Shown here: one piece after another, positions 40,909 to 50,369 of the stretch
Layout of the letters: every line of letters starts with the position of its first letter
How positions within the stretch are numbered: the stretch's first letter is position 1
Source: an uncultured Candidatus Saccharibacteria bacterium
Lineage (GTDB): Bacteria; Patescibacteriota; Minisyncoccia; Phycocordibacterales; UBA918
Assembly (NCBI GenBank): GCA_964353135.1
Contig: CAYGTV010000001.1
Span: 87,138-151,137, forward strand
Direction: 5' to 3'
DNA length: 64,000 nucleotides
Notes under the pieces: generated by a model
The model's input: only the letters and a program-made list of their open reading frames with translations
Databases searched by the model: none
What the model was told of the DNA's origin: nothing
Translations under genes and position numbers: made by a program

Positions 40909-43900
40909 ATGGCATCCTTGATGGGAAACAACGCCAGGTCCTGGTTATATAAATTCTGCTCCTTTGTGCTGGTCTTTACGCTGCTGTCAGCGGATTTGTT
41001 CGTGGTATTAGAACGGGGATTTTTTATCGCGTCACAAGCGGAAGCTGCGGTCGGAGACTTTTCTGTTTTTCGTGAGACTACCGGTACCGAAGTGATCGCG
41101 GGAACTGGTAATAATGTCTCGTGGGATACCTCAGTTGCTGCAAGTGCCAACATTGCACTGCAGGCAAACACGAGTGATATTGACTTAGCAGATGGAGGAA
41201 AGTATCTAGTTTTGTACAATTCGTGGACGCATGAAGGATCCACCGGTGGAGCCAACCGACGCTCAGTCGCATCGTATGTGGCTGTCAACGGGAGTGCTAG
41301 TGAGTATGGTTGGGGTGGTGGATACATCCGCGATGCCGAAAATGATTTTAATGCGTATAACAGCGGTGCGGCAATCCTAGACGTAACAGCAGGCGATGAT
41401 ATTACGGTGGTGCTTGATCGGGATGACTCCAACCCTGGCGGTGGAACTGCTATCAGAGGGGGAACTAACGGGGTGAGTATTCTCAAACTTGATGATGACC
41501 TTGATTATCTTCGAGTCCATTCTAGTGCTGGTGTAAGTGACATCAGTAGTAATACGTCCTTTAATGTTGTTGATTGGGATACGGCTGATGAGGTTGATGC
41601 GGGTTCATTCACCTTTGCCGCACCAGCTTCGGGTGTGGTCGTGAAGGGCGCGACCGACCAGAAGTTTTTGGTTACCAGTAATGTAAAACTAAATGTGACT
41701 GGCGGTGGTGGTCCACGCCAAAATTATGAAATGCGCCTGACTCTGGATGGGGTTGAGGTGCCAGGTACCCGCAGTACAGCGTATCTACGGTTTGACAACG
41801 GAGATGTTAATTCAACTTTGCAATACACCGGGATTATTCAGAAAACCAGTGCTGCTGACCAAACTCTTGCAGTCGAGGTGCGGCGTGAGGGACAAGCTGC
41901 AGCCACTACCGCTATCGTTGGTGATCAGACTGCTTTAGCTATCGCTGCGTTACCGGCAACCGCGCAGGTACTCTCGCTTACGACAACGGCTGACGAAAGC
42001 CTCACCAGTGCACCGAGCACCATGTCGTTTGGTAGTCAGCTATCAACCGCGTCAAGCTTCCTGAGTCATTCAACCACAACCGCCTCTGACAACATTGTGG
42101 TAGACACAGCTGGTAACTATTTAGTCTTGGCCACAACTTACACGTCTCGGATATCTGGAAACGGACGAGATGTGCCGCGGATCGACTGGCGCTTGGACGG
42201 CAGTACTCAGCCGTACGGTGGACACGGTCACTACAACCGAGGTGATGAAGGGACCGAAGACACCTACACCAGTGGTGGATCGAGCGGTGCCATTTTCCCG
42301 TCGCTTACCAGCGGTCAGATCATCGAGCTAGCGCAAAGTGACGAAACTTCTGGTACGCCGGTGTCAGATTTTCCCGCCGGCCGGGTAGCGGTCCAGGTTG
42401 TAGAATTGTCGGAGTTGATCCCGCAAACTTCTACGGACGTATCGGTTAACGGATCACAAGTAGCCACCCTGGCACCAAACACAAGCAATGTGAATTTAGG
42501 TGAGCAATTTGTAATTTCTGAAAACAATGGTGCGCGCAATGTAACCAACATCACGTTGTCAGAAGACGGAACAATCGCGGCTGACACTGGTCTAGCAAAC
42601 ATCAGACTCTACTACGATTTGGACACCTCGGCGCCCTATGATTGTACTAGCGAAAGTTACGTTGGCACGGAGAACCAATTTGGTGCGACGTCGACTTTTA
42701 GTGGTGCAGACGGATCGGTATCATTTACTTCCAGTGAAACAATTAGCCCCACACAATCGATGTGCTTGTATGTGGTGGCTGACGTAACCGCAAGTGCCAG
42801 TGATGGTCAAACCGTGAATGTGTTCATTGCTAGTCCAGCTACTGACGTGGTTGTCACTGCTGGCGGCACAGTTAGTCCGGTTAGTAGTGTTGGCAATTCA
42901 GCGTCAACTATCACTGACGCCGAAATCACTCAGACCAACTATCATTGGCGAAATGATGATGGTAGTGAAACTGGTGCCACATCAGCCACCGGTGGAATTG
43001 AAAACACCCCCGGTCTAGCGTTTGCCGCTGCTACTCCACAACGATTACGTATCGGTGTCGCAGGAGAAGGAACTGGAACCGAAGTGAATTCATACCGGTT
43101 AGAATTTGCTGAAAAAATTACCACCTGTGATGCAGCAACTGGCTGGGAGTCGGTGGATACAGTGGGTGGAGCGTGGGACGTATTTGATTCGGTAAACCTA
43201 ATTGAAGGTGGAAACACAACTAATATTGCCGAGGTTGACGGCGGGGTGTCAGATGGAACGGGAACGTTTGTGACACCAAACGGTGGAGTACGTGATGCCA
43301 CATCGCAAACTGCGGCGCTTTCGATTACAGCCGATGATTTTACCGAACTCGAATACTCAATCCAGGCGACCGGTGCTGCGATTGAAGGGCTAGCATACTG
43401 TTTTAGAGTGACCGATGCTGGCTCTCCACTGCGAGCGTACACAAACTACCCAGAGGCGACCCTTAGTGCAGATGTGACTGTGGCTGCTAGTGGAAGCTAT
43501 ATAGCAAGTGTAGTTGCTGGGGCAACCGATGTGTACCTCGGTGGGCAATTTATTGCTGTCAGCAATAGTGGTAACCATACTCTTACCGAAATTATTTTGA
43601 CCGAGGTTGGTACCCTCGACGCCGGACAGTACCTCACTAATCCACGCTTGTACTACGAAGGGGATGCAACTAATCCTCGTGACTGTGCCAGTGAGTCTTT
43701 TGATGGTCTCGAAACAATCGCGGCAGGAACAGCCTTTACAGATGCTAATGGAACGACAACCTTTACCGTGAGTAGTCCGGTGCGGACCAATGAATCGTTT
43801 TGTGCGTACATCGTTGTTGATGTGGCTGATACAGCTCCAGATAGTGAAACAATCACGTTTGAAATTAGTACCCCTAACACCGACCTGACTATCGCTGGAG

Positions 43901-46900
43901 CAACCATTGGTCCAGGTAGTGCCGTTGCACCAAGTGGGTCGGTGATTGTGAATGCTCCTTCGCTCACCCAGGGTAATTACCACTGGCGAAACGACGACGG
44001 TACCGAAACTGGTGCTAGTTCAGCCACTGGTGGGGTAGAAAATACGCCAATGAATGGTGTGTTACAAGAGTCGCAGCGCCGATTACGTTTAGCAGTATCA
44101 AACGATGGAAATGCTGATGCGGTAGGGACTGACTTACGGCTAGAGTACGGGACAAAAGTAACTACTTGTGAGAACGTCGGTTCGTGGGAACGGGTAGACA
44201 CCGGGGTGGCATTTGATATGGATGTTACCTCACAACTGGTGCAAGGAAATGATACGACCGATATCCTAGAAGGTGACGGTGGCGTAAATAATCCAAACAC
44301 CTTCCTTTCACCAAACAGCGCTCAGCTTGAAACAGTTGATCAGCTGACATTAGCAACATTAACCAATACACAGTACATCGAGCTCGAGTATGCACTGGAA
44401 ATAACTGCAGCGTCAGCTTTTAGTGCGACGTATTGTTTCCGCCTGACTGACGCTGGGGTACCATTGTCCACCTACACCAATTATCCTGAGTTAACCATCC
44501 AAGATCGACAAGATTTCATCGTACAGCGCGGAACCGAAACAGTTAGCGGAACCGGAGTGACGCTGACTGCGGGAGTAGATTATGTTGCACCAGCTTCTAA
44601 TTCTGCAGCTTTTGTACGGATTACCAATACTAGTATGACTGGTGCTGGAAGTGATACACTTGGGCAAACCAGGGTACCTGAAGATGTCTTTGCTTACATC
44701 GAAGGGGGTGATAATCTCACTACTAGTTTCTCGATTGTTCGACCTCCAGCTGCGACGGACAATACCCGAGTGTCTTGGGAGATTGTTGAATACATAGGCA
44801 TAACTGGTGCTGATAATGAGTTTATCTTGCGGGATGCTGGTACGGTGACGTATGGCACCTCTGCACTGTTTGCAACCGGCACACCGGTAGTTGGGATTGC
44901 TGATGATAATGACGTCGTTGTATTTATCACCGGCCAGTACAACCCTGATGGTAACGTAAACAACTACAATACCGGATTATCGATCTCTAGCTGGGATACG
45001 ACTGGAGACCAGCCAGTATTTGAACGTGGTGACGCCGACGGGGTAGCCGCTCGAGTGAGTTACGCTGTGGTCGAATTCACCGGTGCTAGTTGGGCAGTAC
45101 AGCGAGCACAACATACATTTACCGCCGCTGGGGTAGCGGAGACTGAGTCAATCACAGCGGTTAATAGTTTACTAAGGACCTTTGTCCATGCGCAAAAAAT
45201 ATCCGGCGATGAGTTGTTTAACCTCGATGAGAGCGGGCATGAGGTCTGGTTATCAAGCATTGGTGCGGTGTCTTTCCAGCTCGAGAATGGTGCTACTAAC
45301 CCAGGTCAGCAAACGTCAGTAGCGTGGGTAGTTGAAAACACTCAGATTGGTGATGGCTCCATGATGGTGTACCGGTCAAATGGTCTCATTGCCCAAGGAG
45401 GAGTACAGCCGATAACTACAGTGTTAGGGATCGGGGGGACTATTCGTCCAAGCAACGCATCGCTATGGGCAACCAACCGCAGTACCGGGGGTGGATCTGC
45501 ACATCCTCGGGCGTTACTGGGAGCAACCATCTTGAATGAGACTCAATATGAATTGTGGAAGAGTGATGAGGGGCAGAACCAAAACTTCCGGGTCGAGATC
45601 GTTGAGTGGCCAGTGGCAGAAACATCTATCCGTCAGGCGGTCTACCGACTATATGCCGACAACGATGCGTTGACACCAACTGATCCTTGGCCTGCAGGTG
45701 CTAATGACTTGGGTGAAAATACACCGATGACCGATATTGATGAACCACTTGGTGAGGGTGAACAAACCCGTATCCGTATGAGTTTGTTTATTAACAACGC
45801 GACGCTGATATCAGATAGTACCAGTTTTAAACTGCAGTACGGCAGACGTGTGACTACGTGTTCGGCGGTTAGTACCTGGGATGATGTCGGACCAAGTGGA
45901 AGCGGTAGTGTGTGGCGGGCGGTTGATGCCACTCCAGTTGGTGGCACCGAGCTACTTGGTGGTGCATCGTTACTACTCTCGGTTTCAGATGTAGCAGGTA
46001 CCTACGAAGAAAACAGTCCGTCGGCAGTTAACCCAAACACGGTAGATATTGGTGAGTATGTCGAGTATGACTGGATTGTAGAAAATAACGCAGCCATCCA
46101 AAAAAGTAGCTATTGCTTCCGGATGACGGAAAGTGATGGGGCAGTGCTTGATGGGTATGACGTGTATCCAACGGTGCGAACCTCTGGTTACACTCCTGTG
46201 ATCGAAAACTGGCGTTGGTACGATGATGAAGGAAGTTTGACTCCAACGGTCGCACTGGCTGGTGAAAATGTGGCACCAAGTGCGCTCCAAAATGGGTCTG
46301 AGGTTAAACTACGTGTGTCTGTGACTGAGGTCGAGGGAGCGCCAGGCGAAAATGTTAAATTCAACTTACAATACTCAGAATACCCAGACTTCCGAGTTGC
46401 TTCAACTGTTAATGCAACCACTTCGTGTGATGGGAATGATTTGTGGTGTTACGTCGATGGGGCTGGGAATGACAACCAAACGCTTGATGCTACCGTACTT
46501 TCTGGGGTTGATAGTTGTGCGGCTGGAGTTGGGAATGGTTGTGGGACTCACAATGAGGCGGAGGGTATTTCTGGACTATACGATCAACCAGCCTTTTCTA
46601 TCTCTGAACATGAATTCACCTTGCGGCACGACGGGGCGCGGGTTAATACGGTGTATTACTTCCGCTTGTTTGATGCTACTAATGGAGTCCCACTTTTTGC
46701 AAGTACCTCGTTTCCAAGTGTGACAACAGAAGGTGCAGTTCTTACCTTTACCGTCAGTGGTATTGATGCTGGCCAGACAACAGAAGGAATTATCACTGAT
46801 GCAACTACGACTGCCAGTGGAGTAAATTTCGGGTCACTTACTATGGACACAGACACTGAAGCTGCCCAACGACTGACAGTATTTGCAAACGGTACACAGG

Positions 46901-47256
46901 GGTACCGCGTGTTTGTTGACTTTTCTGGTGATTTAGTGAATTCCTATGGTGACACAATCGCCAGCTTGGCAAGCACCAACGCTGCCCCCGCTACCTGGGA
47001 GTCACAGTGTACCGGTGCCACTACTGGCTGCTTTGGGTATCATGCTGGAGACAATTCACTCTATGATGGTTCGGTCCGTTTTGCCGTTGACAACTCATAC
47101 GCTGGTATTGAACCTGGGTTAGTTGAGGTTATGTCGAGTAACATCCCCGTGACGTTTGACGTGAGCGACATCATATATAGGACTCGGGTAGGGTTCTTGC
47201 AACCAGCGGGTGAGTACAATACTACGGTACGTTATATAGTAGTGCCTATATTCTAA
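40909..47256 (+). CDS. giant secreted/surface protein with internal repeat domains
   Basis: 2115 aa with an N-terminal signal/TM (FCSFVLVFTLLSADLFVVL). It has recurring blocks (TQ.NYHWRNDDG.ETGA.SATGG.ENTP and YCFR.TDAG.PL..YTNYPE) and is Thr/Ser/Gly/Asn-rich with little Cys. Confidence 0.7.
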   Translation: MASLMGNNARSWLYKFCSFVLVFTLLSADLFVVLERGFFIASQAEAAVGDFSVFRETTGTEVIAGTGNNVSWDTSVAASANIALQANTSDIDLADGGKYLVLYNSWTHEGSTGGANRRSVASYVAVNGSASEYGWGGGYIRDAENDFNAYNSGAAILDVTAGDDITVVLDRDDSNPGGGTAIRGGTNGVSILKLDDDLDYLRVHSSAGVSDISSNTSFNVVDWDTADEVDAGSFTFAAPASGVVVKGATDQKFLVTSNVKLNVTGGGGPRQNYEMRLTLDGVEVPGTRSTAYLRFDNGDVNSTLQYTGIIQKTSAADQTLAVEVRREGQAAATTAIVGDQTALAIAALPATAQVLSLTTTADESLTSAPSTMSFGSQLSTASSFLSHSTTTASDNIVVDTAGNYLVLATTYTSRISGNGRDVPRIDWRLDGSTQPYGGHGHYNRGDEGTEDTYTSGGSSGAIFPSLTSGQIIELAQSDETSGTPVSDFPAGRVAVQVVELSELIPQTSTDVSVNGSQVATLAPNTSNVNLGEQFVISENNGARNVTNITLSEDGTIAADTGLANIRLYYDLDTSAPYDCTSESYVGTENQFGATSTFSGADGSVSFTSSETISPTQSMCLYVVADVTASASDGQTVNVFIASPATDVVVTAGGTVSPVSSVGNSASTITDAEITQTNYHWRNDDGSETGATSATGGIENTPGLAFAAATPQRLRIGVAGEGTGTEVNSYRLEFAEKITTCDAATGWESVDTVGGAWDVFDSVNLIEGGNTTNIAEVDGGVSDGTGTFVTPNGGVRDATSQTAALSITADDFTELEYSIQATGAAIEGLAYCFRVTDAGSPLRAYTNYPEATLSADVTVAASGSYIASVVAGATDVYLGGQFIAVSNSGNHTLTEIILTEVGTLDAGQYLTNPRLYYEGDATNPRDCASESFDGLETIAAGTAFTDANGTTTFTVSSPVRTNESFCAYIVVDVADTAPDSETITFEISTPNTDLTIAGATIGPGSAVAPSGSVIVNAPSLTQGNYHWRNDDGTETGASSATGGVENTPMNGVLQESQRRLRLAVSNDGNADAVGTDLRLEYGTKVTTCENVGSWERVDTGVAFDMDVTSQLVQGNDTTDILEGDGGVNNPNTFLSPNSAQLETVDQLTLATLTNTQYIELEYALEITAASAFSATYCFRLTDAGVPLSTYTNYPELTIQDRQDFIVQRGTETVSGTGVTLTAGVDYVAPASNSAAFVRITNTSMTGAGSDTLGQTRVPEDVFAYIEGGDNLTTSFSIVRPPAATDNTRVSWEIVEYIGITGADNEFILRDAGTVTYGTSALFATGTPVVGIADDNDVVVFITGQYNPDGNVNNYNTGLSISSWDTTGDQPVFERGDADGVAARVSYAVVEFTGASWAVQRAQHTFTAAGVAETESITAVNSLLRTFVHAQKISGDELFNLDESGHEVWLSSIGAVSFQLENGATNPGQQTSVAWVVENTQIGDGSMMVYRSNGLIAQGGVQPITTVLGIGGTIRPSNASLWATNRSTGGGSAHPRALLGATILNETQYELWKSDEGQNQNFRVEIVEWPVAETSIRQAVYRLYADNDALTPTDPWPAGANDLGENTPMTDIDEPLGEGEQTRIRMSLFINNATLISDSTSFKLQYGRRVTTCSAVSTWDDVGPSGSGSVWRAVDATPVGGTELLGGASLLLSVSDVAGTYEENSPSAVNPNTVDIGEYVEYDWIVENNAAIQKSSYCFRMTESDGAVLDGYDVYPTVRTSGYTPVIENWRWYDDEGSLTPTVALAGENVAPSALQNGSEVKLRVSVTEVEGAPGENVKFNLQYSEYPDFRVASTVNATTSCDGNDLWCYVDGAGNDNQTLDATVLSGVDSCAAGVGNGCGTHNEAEGISGLYDQPAFSISEHEFTLRHDGARVNTVYYFRLFDATNGVPLFASTSFPSVTTEGAVLTFTVSGIDAGQTTEGIITDATTTASGVNFGSLTMDTDTEAAQRLTVFANGTQGYRVFVDFSGDLVNSYGDTIASLASTNAAPATWESQCTGATTGCFGYHAGDNSLYDGSVRFAVDNSYAGIEPGLVEVMSSNIPVTFDVSDIIYRTRVGFLQPAGEYNTTVRYIVVPIF

Positions 47257-47439
47257 GTTTTTCTCATCGTGTTCTTGTAACTTGAGTAAAAAAATGTAAA
47301 ATAGCTCGTACTTACCTGATTAAGGTAAGTGGGTGAACGAATTAGATGTGCGGTTGTCGGAGTCATTCCGACTGACTGCATTCGCAGACGTCGTCACTCG
47401 ATGCGTAAATGAAAGTTAACTTTCATTCCACATCTTCAT

Positions 47440-47511
47440 TCCGACGTAGCTCAGCGGTAGAGCAGTTGACTGTTAATCAATTGGCCGCAGGTTCGAATCC
47501 TGCCGTCGGAG
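47440..47511 (+). tRNA. tRNA-Asn (anticodon GUU), no encoded CCA
   Basis: The cloverleaf was folded by hand. Acceptor TCCGACG/CGTCGGA, D-arm GCTC-AGCGGTA-GAGC, anticodon arm GTTGA-CTGTTAA-TCAAT, T-arm GCAGG-TTCGAAT-CCTGC and discriminator G. Confidence 0.85.
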
Positions 47512-47547
47512 CTTTTGTAAAGAATAGTTAAGAAAAGTCTAGTTTAG

Positions 47548-48003
47548 ATGCTAGGTTTTTCTTGTATACTGGTAAATATGGAAATTAGAAACTACAATCC
47601 AGAAACTGATTATCCAGGCATTGAAGCCCTTTTGAGTGCCGAGGGTACTTTTGGTGGTCAGTTTGATGAAGCTAGAGATACTAAAGAGCGAATCGATGCT
47701 TTAGAAAGTACCAAACCAGGTAGTGTTCTAGTAGCAGAAGAGGATGGAGAGATCCTGGGCACAGTGACGCTTTTTGAAGATGGTCGATCTGCTTGGCTCT
47801 ATAGGTTTGCAGTCCAGCAAGACAATGAGACTGAAATAACAAAGCTTCTCAATGAAAAAGCTCTTCAGACAATGAAAGATCGTGGACATACTCAAGTTTT
47901 AGTTTACGCTCCCACTGGCGATCGACACTTTGAAGACCGATACACTTCACTTGGTTTTAATAAAGGAGGTGATTACACTGCCTACTGGCAAGATATTGTA
48001 TGA
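47548..48003 (+). CDS. GNAT-family N-acetyltransferase
   Basis: Acetyl-CoA-binding core of a GNAT (ILGTVTL...AWLYRFAVQQD...). The protein is ~140 aa if started at the ATG at 47578. Confidence 0.55.
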   Translation: MLGFSCILVNMEIRNYNPETDYPGIEALLSAEGTFGGQFDEARDTKERIDALESTKPGSVLVAEEDGEILGTVTLFEDGRSAWLYRFAVQQDNETEITKLLNEKALQTMKDRGHTQVLVYAPTGDRHFEDRYTSLGFNKGGDYTAYWQDIV

Positions 48004-48139
48004 AATCAGAAAAATTAATCTGCAATAGTTCGAATATTACCTATGACAAGGGTTACATAGCTCTTTGGTGTAAAGAATATGATCTACCAGACACTGTAGA
48101 AATTGATGGTGATACACTGCTTAAGAAAGACCATTTAGT

Positions 48140-48802
48140 ATGACAGTAGATTCTGCCATAAAAACCGTCTGGGACTATATGCATATGAATCATCAGCTCA
48201 AGAAAGCTGATACAATTATGGCTTTGGGTAGCTACGATATTCGGGTAGCAGAACACGCTGCAAAGCTATGGCTGGATGGATGGGCACCGTATCTTGTGTG
48301 TGCAGGATCAGGAACTGTACATAGCAATTCAGCGGTCTGGCAGGGGTTTGTAGGTTCTACGGAAGCAGAAATTTTTGCAGATGTGGCTCGTAAAGCTGGT
48401 GTCCCAGATGATGTGATACTGATTGAAAATAAATCACAAAATACTGGTCAAAATTATGAGTTTACATTGAACCTGCTTAATGAGAAAAACTTAGATGTAA
48501 AAAGTATTATCGCAGTACAGAAACCTTTTATGGAACGACGTACGTATGCGACAGGTAAGGTCTGGCTGCCTGAAGATATTGAATTAATTGTAACTTCGCC
48601 AAATCTGTCCTTAGACGAATATCCTAACGAAATCATAAGTCAGAATAATCATTGGATACACAATATGATCGGAGATCTGCAGAGGGTGAAAGAATACCCA
48701 GCTAAAGGCTTCCAAATTCATCAAGATATTCCAGATGAAGTTTGGGAAGCGTTCGAATTTCTAGTCAAAGAAGGATATTCTGATAATTTGCTTAAAGATT
48801 AA
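48140..48802 (+). CDS. DUF218 (YdcF/ElyC-like) domain protein
   Basis: Pattern ...ADTIMALGS...LVCAGSG...VILIENKSQNTGQN... typical of DUF218. Confidence 0.55.
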   Translation: MTVDSAIKTVWDYMHMNHQLKKADTIMALGSYDIRVAEHAAKLWLDGWAPYLVCAGSGTVHSNSAVWQGFVGSTEAEIFADVARKAGVPDDVILIENKSQNTGQNYEFTLNLLNEKNLDVKSIIAVQKPFMERRTYATGKVWLPEDIELIVTSPNLSLDEYPNEIISQNNHWIHNMIGDLQRVKEYPAKGFQIHQDIPDEVWEAFEFLVKEGYSDNLLKD

Positions 48803-48804
48803 CT

Positions 48805-49458
48805 ATGACACCAGATAACAATGCATTAGAACGAACATATTTTATAGGTGGACCACCTAGAGTTGGTAAAACTACTTTGGCTTATAAACTGGCTGAGGAT
48901 ATAAGGGGGCACGTTGCAATGACAGATGCAATCCGCAATTCAGCTAAAAAAGTATGTGAAGACAAGGCAGGTCCGTTGTTTATGATCAATCACTACAATG
49001 AATTCAGTGAAGAGAAATGGCTGAACCGCTTTGCGAATAACCCTGATCAGGTTGTCAAAGATCAAATTAACGAATCGAAAGCCATTTGGCGTTCTGTTGT
49101 TTCGTTCTGCAATATGTTCTGTGAGGATAATGCCAATCATATTGTTGAAGGGGTAGCAGTTATGCCTGAACTAGTAGCCTCAATGGACAATAAGCCTGAT
49201 CACGTAGTTTTTGTTGGTAATACTAGCGAGCACCACGTTGAAACAATGTTGCAGTATGGAAAAGATAATCCTGAACAATGCTGGATGGCGTATCTGGGGT
49301 ACAGTGAGGACCGAATCAGAGCTTTTGCAAATTACGTTTTGCATATGAGTCAACATTTCAAAGATGAAGCTGATAAATATGGCTTTAGCTATGTGGAGCT
49401 TTCAGATGATAATTTCGAGCAATCGCTCCAAGAAGCGATTAACTCGCTAAAGAAGTAG
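48805..49458 (+). CDS. P-loop NTPase/kinase (AAA_33-like)
   Basis: Walker A IGGPPRVGKTTLA and a Walker B-like HIVEGVAV. Translationally coupled to the upstream gene. Confidence 0.55.
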   Translation: MTPDNNALERTYFIGGPPRVGKTTLAYKLAEDIRGHVAMTDAIRNSAKKVCEDKAGPLFMINHYNEFSEEKWLNRFANNPDQVVKDQINESKAIWRSVVSFCNMFCEDNANHIVEGVAVMPELVASMDNKPDHVVFVGNTSEHHVETMLQYGKDNPEQCWMAYLGYSEDRIRAFANYVLHMSQHFKDEADKYGFSYVELSDDNFEQSLQEAINSLKK

Positions 49459-49583
49459 GAGCGAGTATTTGTATATCAGACTCAATTGAACGCCAATTGA
49501 TTGTTCGAAAAGCTTCCAACTGGCAGAGCCTTTGTAAAGAAAAGTGAAGTAACACCCTGATGCTCCTTTAAAACTAGAGGGTT

Positions 49584-50369
49584 TTGTGCTTCAATTTATC
49601 GATGATTATTGATATTGGGTCAGGTCACCAACCACATCCTCAGGCAGATGTGCTGCTAGATATTCATGATGAGCATGGTTCTCATAGGTGGTCCAAAAAA
49701 TTACAATCTGACCGACCTACAGTCATCTACGAGGGGAAAACTTTTCCGTTTATTGATAATGCTTTTTTGTACTCTGTCTGTAAGCATGTACTGGAGCATG
49801 TAGATGACCCGGCACACTTTCTTAATGAGATCAGTAGGATTTCTACTGCAGGTTACATTGAAACACCATCAGAATTATCAGAATTGATATTTACACCTTA
49901 TGCACTGCACAAGTGGGTGGTTCACAAAAAGGGTGAGGTGCTCATTATAAAAAACAAAATTAATGCGAATGTTTCCAAATGTGGCAAGTTGTTTGACTAT
50001 CTCTGCGATAATGAACCCGGTTTTGATGAGTATTTCTACTTGAGCAGAAGACGTCTTTTTCTCACAGAATATTGGTGGACGGAAGCAGTATTGTTTGAAC
50101 TTGTTGAAGAAAATGACTCTACTTTTGAGAACTATAATGACGAACAAACACTTCTCAATATATCAGAAAGAAACAATGTTGATTATCAAATCGAAATACC
50201 TCCAGAGCACTTGAGTCAAAAACCCTCTGATATATTCCAAGAATTATCTAGGGTGCTCTGCTCACCGTGCTGCTCGAATAAGGTTGAGTATAAGGAAGAA
50301 TCATATCAATGCATCAAATGTGGTCATGTATACAAAAAAGACGGGAACCAGATCTTGTTTATTCAGTAG
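49584..50369 (+). CDS. class I SAM-dependent methyltransferase with a C-terminal zinc ribbon
   Basis: Motif I IIDIGSGHQP and a post-I acidic motif VLEHVDDP. C-terminal CSPCC...CIKCGH. The ORF-track start is a TTG at 49584; the ATG at 49602 is an alternative. Confidence 0.55.
   Translation: MCFNLSMIIDIGSGHQPHPQADVLLDIHDEHGSHRWSKKLQSDRPTVIYEGKTFPFIDNAFLYSVCKHVLEHVDDPAHFLNEISRISTAGYIETPSELSELIFTPYALHKWVVHKKGEVLIIKNKINANVSKCGKLFDYLCDNEPGFDEYFYLSRRRLFLTEYWWTEAVLFELVEENDSTFENYNDEQTLLNISERNNVDYQIEIPPEHLSQKPSDIFQELSRVLCSPCCSNKVEYKEESYQCIKCGHVYKKDGNQILFIQ

Noticed and set aside
41078-46856. Numerous 60-200 aa minus-strand ORFs inside the giant protein gene (e.g. 42942..43442, 43390..43983)
   Set aside because: They are antisense to a continuous 6.3 kb ORF, with Ser/Thr/Pro/Val-rich antisense translations and no RBS.
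47366-47425. Hairpins and a 9-nt CATTCCGAC repeat in the tRNA-Asn leader
   Set aside because: A perfect 20-nt palindrome (AATGAAAGTTAACTTTCATT) and the GTCGGAGTCATTCCGAC hairpin lie upstream of the tRNA. They probably belong to the tRNA promoter or leader. The repeat is too short to call significant.
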